From Pachysolen tannophilus NRRL Y-2460 (lineage: Eukaryota): a stretch of DNA of 64,000 nucleotides. The translations under genes were made by a program, and so were the position numbers. The number at the start of each line of letters is the position of its first letter. Positions within the stretch are counted from its first letter, which is position 1. Below the pieces are notes generated by a model that was not told where the DNA came from, did not search any database, and saw only the letters and a program-made list of their open reading frames with translations. The stretch covers positions 980,924 to 1,044,923 of the forward strand of contig KV454015.1 in NCBI GenBank assembly GCA_001661245.1, read 5' to 3'. Of this stretch, positions 1 to 10,539 are shown in pieces.

Positions 1-233
1 TATATTGTTATTTTAATCCACTATTTGAAAGAAAAGAAATAAGTTTCTTATTAAGTATTGATGATCTATTTTATTTGCAATTCTATATAGTTTTATTTTG
101 TATTTTGTATTGTAAGATAGGCTTAGGCTTTTTTATATTGTCCAAATTGGTAAAAACCAAAAAAATAAAAAACAAAACGAAAAAGAAGGCAGAAATTTTA
201 AAAAGCAATTTAATTAAAGCTATATAAATTCAC

Positions 234-1481
234 TTATAAGGTTAAAGGTTTATTCTTTTCTCTAGCACTTTCACCATATTTTTTAATTCTGATAGCTTGG
301 ACACTAATAAATCCTGAAGCTTCTTGTGGTTGGAATCCAGTCAATTCATCCATTGAAGATTCTGTAGCATCGTATAATTTTTCTGTTGATGATGATCTAC
401 CTAAGATTATTAAAGAACCTTTGTAAGCTCTGGCTCTAACAACACCATTGACAGTTTCTTGTGATGGTTGGATCATGCTTCTAACATATTCACATTCTGG
501 TGTAAAATACATACCATTGTATAATAATTTCGAATATGTTGGTGTAACAAAAGTATCTCTAATAGATCTAACTTCACGGTCTAACGTTAAACCTTCAATA
601 TCGATGTGGGTACCACGTAATAAAGTTAAACCAGGTGTTTCATAACAACCTCTAGACTTAATACCAATGAATCTATTTTCAACAATATCAATTCTACCAA
701 CACCATTTCTTCTAGCAATTGCATTGGCAGTCAAGAAAATATCTACTGCATCTGTTACCTCTTTACCATCTTGTAAAACCAATTTAACAGGTTTACCCTT
801 TGAAAAGACAACAGTAAAATCTTCTGGAGTATTTGGAGCATCTTGTGGATCAACTGTTAATTTCCACATATCTTTTGGAGGAGTAGTATCTGGGTCTTCC
901 AAGATACCAGCTTCAAATGAGATATGAGCCAAGTTTTCATCTGTAGACCAAGGTTTTGCCTTTGTTTGAGCAACAGGAATATTTTTAGAAGCAGCATAAT
1001 CTAACAAATCTTTTCTTCCTGCAAATCTTTCAAAAAAAATTGGATCTCTCCATGGAGCAATAACAACAACATCCGGTTTCAAAGCATAAAAGGAAAGTTC
1101 AAATCTGACTTGATCATTACCCTTACCGGTACATCCATGAGAAACAGCAAAACAACCTTCATCTTCTGCAACTTTAATTTGAGCCTCTGCAATAACAGGT
1201 CTAGCTAAAGATGTACCTAATAAGTAAACATTTTCATAAATAGCATTTACTTGAATAGCTGGAAATAATACATCTTCAACAAATTGTTTTCTAACATCAA
1301 CAACAACAAATTTGGTAGCACCAATTTTCAAAGCTTTATCTCTTGCAGCATCAAAATCTTCTTCTTGACCAATGTTGGCCATGAAAGCAATGACTTCATA
1401 ACCTTGTTCTAATAACCAAGCCAAGATAACAGAGGTATCTAAACCACCGGAATATGCTAAACAAACTTTACCCTTCGACAT
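234..1481 (-). CDS. ARG1: Argininosuccinate synthase
   Basis: LAYSGGLDTS, HGCTGKGNDQVRFE and IGIKSRGCYETPG motifs; full-length 415 aa ORF. Confidence 0.98.
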   Translation of the reverse strand: MSKGKVCLAYSGGLDTSVILAWLLEQGYEVIAFMANIGQEEDFDAARDKALKIGATKFVVVDVRKQFVEDVLFPAIQVNAIYENVYLLGTSLARPVIAEAQIKVAEDEGCFAVSHGCTGKGNDQVRFELSFYALKPDVVVIAPWRDPIFFERFAGRKDLLDYAASKNIPVAQTKAKPWSTDENLAHISFEAGILEDPDTTPPKDMWKLTVDPQDAPNTPEDFTVVFSKGKPVKLVLQDGKEVTDAVDIFLTANAIARRNGVGRIDIVENRFIGIKSRGCYETPGLTLLRGTHIDIEGLTLDREVRSIRDTFVTPTYSKLLYNGMYFTPECEYVRSMIQPSQETVNGVVRARAYKGSLIILGRSSSTEKLYDATESSMDELTGFQPQEASGFISVQAIRIKKYGESAREKNKPLTL

Positions 1482-1882
1482 TATTCAATTGAATTGAAAT
1501 TTTTATTCTTTAAAACTGAATGAAATGATTGAGAAAAAAAAATTTTAAAAATTTAAAAATAAAAATAAAATTGTATTTTAACAAATATTACAGGAAACAA
1601 GTTGGTTTTATACAACACAGAAATTAAAAAATTTTTCACTTTTTTTTTTTCTTGGTTTTTTCAACGCATTTCTTATCGGAAAAACATCATACATTAATAG
1701 AATACACAGTTATACCAACATATTAATCACATAAAACGTCCACATTTTAAGCTAAAAAAAAAAATCTTTAGATCTAGTATATACACAGCTCCTTGATACA
1801 CTTCAAGCTCTTCTAATAACCTGATACCTTCTTCAACTCTATCTCTATCTAAATCACAAAGATTCATAGTTAACAAATATAG

Positions 1883-1889
1883 TGAGTCA
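1883..1889. promoter_or_regulatory. Gcn4-type site TGAGTCA upstream of ARG1
   Basis: Exact TGA(C/G)TCA about 400 bp upstream of the ARG1 ATG; ARG1 is a classic Gcn4 target in yeasts. Confidence 0.65.
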
Positions 1890-2302
1890 AAAAAAAAAAC
1901 ACAATAGTCGTGTGGAATCCAAACGTCCCAAAGAGGTAATTTTTTTATTGTTGGAGCGCGATATAAAATCAGTCATAATTACATTACATTACGCATAATT
2001 TTTTATGGACATAAATATAATTAATGAATTTCTCCACCAATATAAATTTGACTTCGGATATATGAGACACTATAATAAAGGGATGGATCTACATTTTGAA
2101 TATATTAAAATTTTTCTTTAATTATAAGCTAATTTTTTTTTTTTTTTTTTCTCAGGTATAGTATGTTAATGTCACTAATTGACATACTACGTTATTATGG
2201 GAATATAATAAAGAAAGAAAGAAAAAACAATAATAATCTTTAGTACCGATGTACTTTACTTAATAATAATAATAAGAAAGAAAAAAAAAACAAGTGTGCG
2301 GC

Positions 2303-3865
2303 TCATTCATTACTGATACTATTAGAATGTAACTTAACTACTTTAATCTCCGCAACATTTTTTTTACTTTGAGAGAAATCCTCGGAGAGTTCTGGAGTTT
2401 CTAAATCTTCTTGGTAGCTTGAAGAATCGTCTTGAGAGATTTCTGCTTCTTCACTAGTTTTCTTTGATGTGAGATAATAGAAAACCATCATTAACAGCCA
2501 AAGCATAATAAAACATCCAAATGCAAATGGCCAACCAATCTTCCATCTTGGTGCATTTCCACCTGTTTGGAAAACAAGTAATGGGGTCCAAATATAAGTT
2601 GAATAACCAATACTCATCATTGAACCAATGATAAATGCTCTAAATTCTCTATTTTGACTAAATTTAACATTTATCCAAGAATATAATAAAGGTGAAAGAC
2701 AACCTGTAAAACCAAAAGAATACCAAGCAACAAATTTTAAAGTATTTGAAACATCCCATACAATCATCACAATATAACCAAAAGAACAAAAAATTGAACA
2801 AACTGTAAATATACTCCATGGATGATAAATTGTAGCAAGACTTGTACCAATCCATGAACTTAATGCAGTTATAGCATAAATTCCAGATGGATAATTATTT
2901 ATCAGAGATTCACTAAACGTAACACCATTAGGAACACTTTTCAACCATAAAGCCATATATGAAATAGGAATAGACATTTGAATCATGAAAACGTAAATAG
3001 AAATACATAACCACCATTCATACCTTTTTAAACCTTTATATATGACTGTAGGTGTAATCCTAACAGGAGGTGCAGTTAATTTTCTCTCCAATGCAGTATT
3101 AATATCACTTTCTGATAATATAAGTTTAGATCTTGGACCATCTGGTAAACCTGGGAAAATCCAATATCCCAGAAACCCAACAGGTAAAGAAATAATTGCA
3201 TCAATTATGAAACCCCATGCCCATCCTGCCCTACCATCTTTCCCGTTAAGATTACTGTAAGCAGCAGTTTGAAGAACACCAGCAAATAAAGATCCTAAAG
3301 AATTACCTGTAAACCACAAACCAGCACGTTTAAATAATTCACTTTTAGTATACCATGATCCAAGTACAAAATGCGTTGCTCCAAAAACAGGGGCCTCGCA
3401 TATACCCATGAAAAATCTTATTACATACAAGTGATAAGGACTCTTTGCTTGTGATTGTAAAAGAGTCAATAACCCCCATAAAATTTCCAAAGTTGGTAAT
3501 CCATAACGAGTTATTTTAGGACGACTAAGAAGTAACAAAAGCGGCACTTGAGCAATAACGTAACCTATGAAAAACCAAGTAGTGACCCAATTTAATTGAT
3601 TTCCAACAAACCCTAAATCTTCTTCCATTCCTGTAACGTAAGCGTTAGTCAAATTTGATTGATCTAAATATTTGATAAAGAAAGTCAACATGGTCCATGG
3701 TAAAATTGTTCTATCAATTTTTTTCAACATCTTTTTCTCACTTTCACTTAAACTTGAAGGATACCAGTTGATAATATCATACAAAACAAGCCATGGCCGT
3801 CTCTGGATATATTTTCTATCATGTATAGATTTGCTATACAAATCTGATTCGGTAGTTATTGACAT
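2303..3865 (-). CDS. MFS permease, anion:cation symporter (Dal5) family, Seo1/Fen2/Liz1-like
   Basis: YLDQSNLTNAYVTGMEEDLGF, GSWYTKSELFKR and GRAGWAWGFIIDAIIS motifs; multiple hydrophobic segments. Confidence 0.9.
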   Translation of the reverse strand: MSITTESDLYSKSIHDRKYIQRRPWLVLYDIINWYPSSLSESEKKMLKKIDRTILPWTMLTFFIKYLDQSNLTNAYVTGMEEDLGFVGNQLNWVTTWFFIGYVIAQVPLLLLLSRPKITRYGLPTLEILWGLLTLLQSQAKSPYHLYVIRFFMGICEAPVFGATHFVLGSWYTKSELFKRAGLWFTGNSLGSLFAGVLQTAAYSNLNGKDGRAGWAWGFIIDAIISLPVGFLGYWIFPGLPDGPRSKLILSESDINTALERKLTAPPVRITPTVIYKGLKRYEWWLCISIYVFMIQMSIPISYMALWLKSVPNGVTFSESLINNYPSGIYAITALSSWIGTSLATIYHPWSIFTVCSIFCSFGYIVMIVWDVSNTLKFVAWYSFGFTGCLSPLLYSWINVKFSQNREFRAFIIGSMMSIGYSTYIWTPLLVFQTGGNAPRWKIGWPFAFGCFIMLWLLMMVFYYLTSKKTSEEAEISQDDSSSYQEDLETPELSEDFSQSKKNVAEIKVVKLHSNSISNE

Positions 3866-4070
3866 GATGTTTGAAGATTGAAGATAACGAACTTCTTCAT
3901 TTCTTACGACTGAAATGTAGACTTTTTATATTACAAGATTCGATAATATTTCACATGCACTCTCTTACTTTAGAAGCCTCTTTTTCACTTTGGTGAAACA
4001 AGGTTGTAAAGAAAATAAACTACACAACATATGCCACTTATTATTTCTAAATTAGATAATCTTTATTGTA

Positions 4071-4260
4071 CACAGTTTACCCCGTATATTGTATCAAGAA
4101 ATTTTTTTGATCTAGATAATAAATCAATTTAAAGATGACTTAACTAAGAATTATGCATATTGATGCAAGTTTATGCTATGTATTTATTGTGTGTGTGTAT
4201 ACATTATATTGAGTGGAAAATTTCTTTCTTGTGTAAGAGTGCTAAAAGAAACCACAGTTT
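4071..4260. promoter_or_regulatory. Two Met31/Met32-type sites in the divergent permease/dioxygenase promoter
   Basis: CACAGTTT at 4071-4078 (AAACTGTG on the minus strand) and CCACAGTTT at 4252-4260 (AAACTGTGG); a Cbf1-like TCACATG lies at 3951-3957. Confidence 0.55.
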
Positions 4261-4489
4261 TTGTTATTCCAATAATAGGCCAAACTTCAGTATCACGAAT
4301 TTAGCACGCTCCTCCATGCCAATTCACCAAATTCCAATGAACAATTTACCATCAGGGATTTCCATTATTTTGTTTGCCGAACAATTAAGCTTAAAATGTT
4401 TTCACATATAAAGTTAAAAGATTTTTCACTTTAAACTAAAAGAAAAGAAAAACCCTGTCTTACCATTCGACTATTTGAAATATTTGAAA

Positions 4490-5590
4490 ATGACGTCTCT
4501 TAATGAATTACCCCCTAGTTTATATAACCAGATCCCAGAAACTAAAGAAGATTTGGATTGGGCAGATCTAGTTACCATTGATCTTTCGTTATTTGGCACT
4601 CCAGAAGGGAAAAAACAGTTAGCACACGATTTAGAAAATGCTATTAAAGATCACGGTTTTTTTTATTTGAAAAATTTTGGGTTATCTCAAAAAGAAGTTG
4701 ATGATCAATTTGCCATTGCTCAAGCAGTATTTGCCTTGGATGTCAAAGAAAAGGAAAAATATCTAGCTGATTTAAGTTCTGGAGATTATAATAAGTTTAG
4801 ATTACCTGGTAATCGAATTGTTAACAATGGTATTAGGGATAACATTGAAACTTATAATATTGCTAGATTTAATTCTTTCTTTGATGAGCATCATAAATCT
4901 CACCCAAAAGTTATTTTGGATAATCGTAATGTGATTGAAAAATTTGCTAAATATTTACAACAAGAAGTTATTCAAAAGTTGATTGTCTTATTTGGTATTA
5001 TCTTGGAATTAGAAGATGAGGAACAATTAGCAAAACTTCATCAATATGAGGATCTTTCTGAAGAACATTTCCGTTATATGAAGTATTATAAGCGTGGCGA
5101 AGAGGAAAATAATAATTTAGATAATATTTGGAGTCATGGTCATACAGATCTTGGAACTTTAACCTTGTTATTTAGACAACCTGTTGCAGCATTACAAATT
5201 CAAAATAAATATGGAGAATGGAAATGGGTTAAACCACAACCAAATTCCATAACAGTGAACATTTGTGATACTCTTTCTTTCCTCACTGCCGGTTACTTAC
5301 CTTCAACTAAACATAGAGTTCATGCTCCTCCAAAAGATCAACAACAATATGATCGTATCGGTTTATTATATTTTGCTAGACCAAGAAATGATATCAAATT
5401 ACAAACCATTGATTCTCCAAAATTGAAAAGGTTAGGTTACACTAAAAATTTCTTTGAAGAGAAAGGTGAAGGTATTCCAAATGTTGGTGAATGGGTTGTG
5501 GCTAAACAAAAGTATTTCAATGTTAGAAAAGAAAACCACAATGATCCTCAACCAATAATCAGAGGTTACACAGAAGTTGTGATTAATTAG
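4490..5590 (+). CDS. 2-oxoglutarate/Fe(II)-dependent dioxygenase (DIOX_N + 2OG-FeII_Oxy type), 366 aa
   Basis: ATG at 4490 (the track starts at an upstream TTG); GFFYLKNFG, HTD...KHRV facial triad, and RIGLLYF. Confidence 0.9.
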   Translation: MTSLNELPPSLYNQIPETKEDLDWADLVTIDLSLFGTPEGKKQLAHDLENAIKDHGFFYLKNFGLSQKEVDDQFAIAQAVFALDVKEKEKYLADLSSGDYNKFRLPGNRIVNNGIRDNIETYNIARFNSFFDEHHKSHPKVILDNRNVIEKFAKYLQQEVIQKLIVLFGIILELEDEEQLAKLHQYEDLSEEHFRYMKYYKRGEEENNNLDNIWSHGHTDLGTLTLLFRQPVAALQIQNKYGEWKWVKPQPNSITVNICDTLSFLTAGYLPSTKHRVHAPPKDQQQYDRIGLLYFARPRNDIKLQTIDSPKLKRLGYTKNFFEEKGEGIPNVGEWVVAKQKYFNVRKENHNDPQPIIRGYTEVVIN

Positions 5591-6322
5591 AATTAGATAA
5601 AAATGTTCTTTTTTTTTATTTTTATTTTTATTTTTTGTCTTTTGTCTTTTGGCTACATCCGAATCTGCAGGTTTTAACGAGATACCGTAATTTCTTCAAC
5701 TAATTTATAGAAAGTTTTTAATTAAAAGTAATTGAAAAAGAATATACCTGGAAATATAAAGTCCGATAGAATTCATTATATATACGATAATTAATAAAAT
5801 TCAAGGCGTTTTTTTTTTTTTCTTTTTTATTTTACAAGTTAAGAGAAACTGAAGATGATCACATGGAAGACAGAAAATGGGTTAGATAGAAACAAAAAAC
5901 AAATCCAAAAATAAATTGTGTTAAAGTGTAAAAAGACTAGTAAGAGACAAAAAACAAAAACGAAAAAAAAAAGAACCTGAATAATAAAATTTTAATAAAA
6001 GATCTGAGAACTAAAATTCTATTCCAATACTATGAGAAAGCTAAGAAAATAAATAAAAATGAAAATAAAAAAAAGATGATATCAAATTCCATAATTACCA
6101 AAAACATAAACGAATTCATAGTACATTTCATTTCGTATATTGTAAATCTTCTATATTGAAGTTTCTTCTTTTCTTTTCATCTCATTTTCTGATAATTTTT
6201 AACTATCCAAATTATTTAACCAAAAGTCAATTTTTTTTTTCTTTTTTTTTTTTTTTCTTATTTTAGTTTATATATTTATTTTCTTTTATTTAAAAAAAAC
6301 ATTTAAATGTAGTTTATCCAAA

Positions 6323-7606
6323 TCAGTTTGCATAATTTTCCCATCCTGATGGTCTCTTTAAGTTATTAATGGTGAAAAATTTAGGGGTACAAGAATAACC
6401 TTTCCAAGTGAAATCATCTTGTGCTTTACACATACAATGACGTTCTTGTCTTATTTGTTGATCAATTGGACAGTTATGGAATGGAACATGGAAATATCCA
6501 ACATCGTCAAAGAAATGGATTTTATCTCTTGGTAAAAATAAAGCAGCAGCTATAGAATGAACTGGTGCATCACCCCATCTTTCATAGAAGAATCCACCAG
6601 CTTTATCCAAATATTCAAAATATTTTGTATACAGTTCACTTCTCCAAAGACTTAATGAAGCAATTTCAAAATTTGACCAAAAATGACAACCATTATAAGT
6701 TAATCCTCCATCATCTGAAATAAAATCCATCATATTATTTTCTGGTAAATATTGAGGATATTCTTTCATAAAATTTCTTGTTGTTTCCCATAAAGTTGGT
6801 ATTGTTTCTTTATATTCTGGTAATGAAATTGTAAAAGAATAAGCCTTGTTATTTTCACGCATAAATTTGAAAACATCATAATCAATATCACAATAAATAT
6901 CAATACTTGGTTCAACTCTCCAATAATATTCATATTCCATCATTAATTCATGACGCCAAAAAAATCCAGATTCATATCTACACATATGTCTATATGATAT
7001 TGAATCACCATAAATGATTTTTTTTTCTCTCATTTCTTGTCTAACTCTTGCAGCTTTTTCTGTATCAATCCATTCTGGGAATGACCATTGTTCTTTTGGA
7101 ATTAAACCATATTTAGTAGTACCTGAAACTAAAGCAGTTGTTGTTTTTTTAAATTCATCACTAAAGGGTTCATCATTTAAGAAAACCCAATCATATTTAA
7201 ATTTTCTATTAAATCTATCTTCAACTTGTCTAATAGATTTAACTAATTCCCAAAGATCTTGATTTCTTGCTAATGAAACAAAAGTAGCCTTTTCTGTACC
7301 ACCTTGGAAATTTACATTTGATCCAACAAATTCTTTTTTCAAATCTCCAGGAGTAGCTGGTGATTGAAGAGAAGAATCAGCTTTATTTTGTTGTAACAGT
7401 TCTTTCAGATCATCATTTTTTGATTCAGATTTCAGTTTTTCATCCACCGATATTCCATCTTTCGAACTTGAACTTGAACTTGAACTTGTTGATGTCAGCG
7501 GTAAAATATTAGAACCTGAACTCTTGGATAAAATATATCCACATAATATTAATGCCAAGGCAAATATTACAAACCTAAGAATACGTGTATGCGATCTAGC
7601 AACCAT
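6323..7606 (-). CDS. KTR1: Alpha-1,2-mannosyltransferase, KRE2/MNT1/KTR1 family (GT15)
   Basis: N-terminal TM anchor; [31 protein letters not shown] and [17 protein letters not shown]. Exact ortholog (KRE2 vs KTR1) is uncertain. Confidence 0.92.
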   Translation of the reverse strand: MVARSHTRILRFVIFALALILCGYILSKSSGSNILPLTSTSSSSSSSSKDGISVDEKLKSESKNDDLKELLQQNKADSSLQSPATPGDLKKEFVGSNVNFQGGTEKATFVSLARNQDLWELVKSIRQVEDRFNRKFKYDWVFLNDEPFSDEFKKTTTALVSGTTKYGLIPKEQWSFPEWIDTEKAARVRQEMREKKIIYGDSISYRHMCRYESGFFWRHELMMEYEYYWRVEPSIDIYCDIDYDVFKFMRENNKAYSFTISLPEYKETIPTLWETTRNFMKEYPQYLPENNMMDFISDDGGLTYNGCHFWSNFEIASLSLWRSELYTKYFEYLDKAGGFFYERWGDAPVHSIAAALFLPRDKIHFFDDVGYFHVPFHNCPIDQQIRQERHCMCKAQDDFTWKGYSCTPKFFTINNLKRPSGWENYAN

Positions 7607-8519
7607 TATCCAGCAAAAAAATTTATTTCTTTTATTTTAATTTAAGCACTCAATAAATGTGTCTTTTTTTTTTTTCAATTCTAACAAAACCTTATAACAG
7701 CGCTTACTTTGAAAATAAATAAGAAGCAAAAAAGAATAAAAGATATATTATCACTAGCAAATATTTACTTTAAATAATAATATTATTTTACTTAAATAAG
7801 TTCTAAAGTTTCAAAGAGTTTAGCACTTTTTCTTTTTTGAATTTTTTGACTTTTTTGACTTTTTTTCCTTTTTCCTCCTTTTCTCAATAAAATAAGAAAA
7901 TAAAAAAAAAAAAAAAAAATTTAAAACTTTTTAATCCAATATATTAGTTCATAAAAAAGAATTGGATTTAAAGATAACACGTCTTAAAAAAAAAAGAAAT
8001 CAATAAATAAATATATAAATATATATATAAATATATTGATTACACTATTAAATTATTTAATGGGAAACTTTCTACCCTCCTTGTTTCCTTACAGAAAGAT
8101 TGAGAGAGATTTTTTCTGTTTTTTTGTTTTTCTTTCACGGTATTAAAAAATGTTAAAAAACTAAGGGAAGTAAGAAGAGGCTTGGAAAATTTTAATATTT
8201 TGATTTGAAAAAAAGAGGACAATAATAAACGAATTTCTTTATTGCATTAGTGACACGTAAAAAGATCTAGAAGACGTAAAAATATATAAAAAGACGTTGT
8301 TTTGTGTTCAATGAGTTTATAATTTTTTATTTGCTCCGCCGCCGCTGTTGTTTTCTTCTTCTCTTTTGCTTTTTCGTTCGTCAAATTTAAATATTTTCTG
8401 CCACTTCTTTTTTTTATGTAAGTCTTGGCAGAAATTTTTTTTCGTGGTTATACTTATCGCATATCGTGAAGCTGTAGAGCTGTAGAACAGTAGAACGGTG
8501 CGTCTAGTCTTTTAGTCTT

Positions 8520-8522
<3 letters not shown>

Positions 8523-8555
<33 letters not shown>
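8523..8555. repeat. (TA)n microsatellite
   Basis: Direct reading; similar TA tracts flank many genes in the window. Confidence 0.9.
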
Positions 8556-8558
<3 letters not shown>

Positions 8559-8571
8559 TATATTTATTTAT

Positions 8572-9462
8572 TTATTTAATAATACTATCTATAACATTAT
8601 GATTTGGTTTAAAACCTTGTTCTTCTAAAAATGTTAATATTTTAATATTTTTGGAATTTACTACAAATTCCCATAAATATTCATTATTAAAAATTGATTC
8701 AAATTCATAATGATTTTTTATTAAATATTTTGATATATTAAAATTTGAATTATTTAATGAATCAATTAATGGTATTAATGATTTTAATTTCCCCATTGGA
8801 GTATTACTTGCAGATATTAAATCTGTTATTGTTGATAATGAAGTATTAAATTTAAAAGCTTCAATTAATACTTGATCAATTTTTTCAAATTTTAAATTTC
8901 TTAATGATAAAAATTTAATTAATTTAATTTTTTCAATTGTAAATGGACCTTTTTTAAATTTTTTCGGGAAATCTAAATTTTTATTAAAACCAATTTTTTT
9001 CTCTAAATATTCTTCTTCTTCTTTAATTAAATTTAAATCTTTTATTAATAATATAATATTAAATTCTTGTGAAAATTTAAATAAAATTTCATAATTAATA
9101 AATTTATAATTTAATAATTCAATATTTAATGCAAATTCTTGATTCTTATTGTTTATACAATATATATTTGATTTAATAATTTTATTTATTAAAAAATTAT
9201 TATGTTTATTAATTACATTATGAAAATGTTTATTAACCAATGGTAAATTTGAACATTCTGAATATATAAATATCTTATGAATTAATTCAACTGGTAAAAG
9301 TTCTAATATATTATAATTAAATTTTAATGAATTTTTTTTATCCTTTACATTTCTTTGTACTCGCACTCTCACCACAGAATTTTTAGAAATAAGTTTTTCT
9401 TTAGATTTGGTTTTTGGTTTTTTCTTTAACCAAGTAGCACTTCCAGGATTTAAAAACCCCAT
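8572..9462 (-). CDS. Putative F-box-like protein, about 296 aa, extremely AT-rich
   Basis: Likely ATG at 9462 (MGFLNPG); F-box-like LELLPVELIHKIFIY...LPLVNKHF; the ORF stays open for about 890 nt despite the extreme AT content. Confidence 0.6.
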   Translation of the reverse strand: MGFLNPGSATWLKKKPKTKSKEKLISKNSVVRVRVQRNVKDKKNSLKFNYNILELLPVELIHKIFIYSECSNLPLVNKHFHNVINKHNNFLINKIIKSNIYCINNKNQEFALNIELLNYKFINYEILFKFSQEFNIILLIKDLNLIKEEEEYLEKKIGFNKNLDFPKKFKKGPFTIEKIKLIKFLSLRNLKFEKIDQVLIEAFKFNTSLSTITDLISASNTPMGKLKSLIPLIDSLNNSNFNISKYLIKNHYEFESIFNNEYLWEFVVNSKNIKILTFLEEQGFKPNHNVIDSIIK

Positions 9463-10202
9463 TAAATAAATTAATATTTTAAAATAAAAAATTAATTTGT
9501 AAAAAAAAATTGTTATATAAATGTTAAAAAAGAAAATGAAAATGAAAAAAGAAAAGTGCATTGCGCATTTGCATCTAAGTAAAGCGTACACTTAATGCGC
9601 ACTTCACTCTCTCTAAGTGCGCATTACTTTTAATCATTTTTTTACACACATTTTTATTTTATTACAATTTTTTAAATCACTATTTATTATTATTATTATT
9701 ATTATTATTGATCTACAAAAGGTTTGAGATATATATCTTAACAAGAAAGAAAAAAAAAACAACCTTACCAGGATTTGATATTTATAAAATTAATTGAAGT
9801 TTGAATGGAATTAAAATTCCCATTTCGTTAAGATTTACTTTCTCCTTTTATTATCTGTCTAATTTAATTTAATAAGAGTAATAAAATAGATGATGATCTG
9901 ACGATCTTGTTAAATGAACTCTCAATAAATTTTTGATTTCTTTTAGTATTAGACTAGAAACTTGAAATTTAGTTATTATTACTAGTCTATAAGATATCTC
10001 TTTAACAAAAATTATAAGACACAATTAAACAATAAAGAAAAAAATTTAAATCTAAATCTAAAACTAAAAATTTTCAACTATTTTTTTCATATTTTAACCT
10101 AGACGAAATGTGTGATAGCAATATCATAACATTTACATATGTAAAGAAAGAAAGATATAGCCTACTTTTTGAAAACTTTTATTTTTTTTTCTTTTTTTAT
10201 TA

Positions 10203-10204
<2 letters not shown>

Positions 10205-10252
<48 letters not shown>
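10205..10252. repeat. (ATT)n trinucleotide microsatellite
   Basis: Direct reading; a shorter ATT run lies at about 9683-9709. Confidence 0.9.
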
Positions 10253-10254
<2 letters not shown>

Positions 10255-10539
10255 TTTTCTTTCCTATCTTTAACTCTTTTATTCTTTTATCTTCTAAACC
10301 CTCTATTTAAAAAAAAAGCATTTTACAATCTTATTTAATACTTTGGTTATCGTTTTTACTTTTGTATTTTAAAAAAAAAATTTCTTTTTTCTCTTTATTT
10401 TTTTTTAAGGCGTGTCAAATTATTTCCGGAGATATATTTATTTTTCAGGGGTGTACTTTTAAATATAGCCAGCCATAAATATATCTTAAAATACTTTTAT
10501 TTTTTTTCTTTTTTATATGTGGATGGATTATAATAGAGG

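Noticed and set aside
448..927. Short antisense ORFs inside ARG1, and similar ones inside NOP4, MTR4, BRO1, DUF1, CHL4 and others
   Set aside because: Shadow ORFs opposite or overlapping well-supported genes, with no recognisable motifs
4160..4411. 83-aa ORF between the permease and the dioxygenase
   Set aside because: Lies in the shared promoter over the Met31/32-like site and has no protein features
10108..10338. 76-aa poly-Ile/Phe ORF
   Set aside because: Produced by the (ATT)n microsatellite and T-tracts
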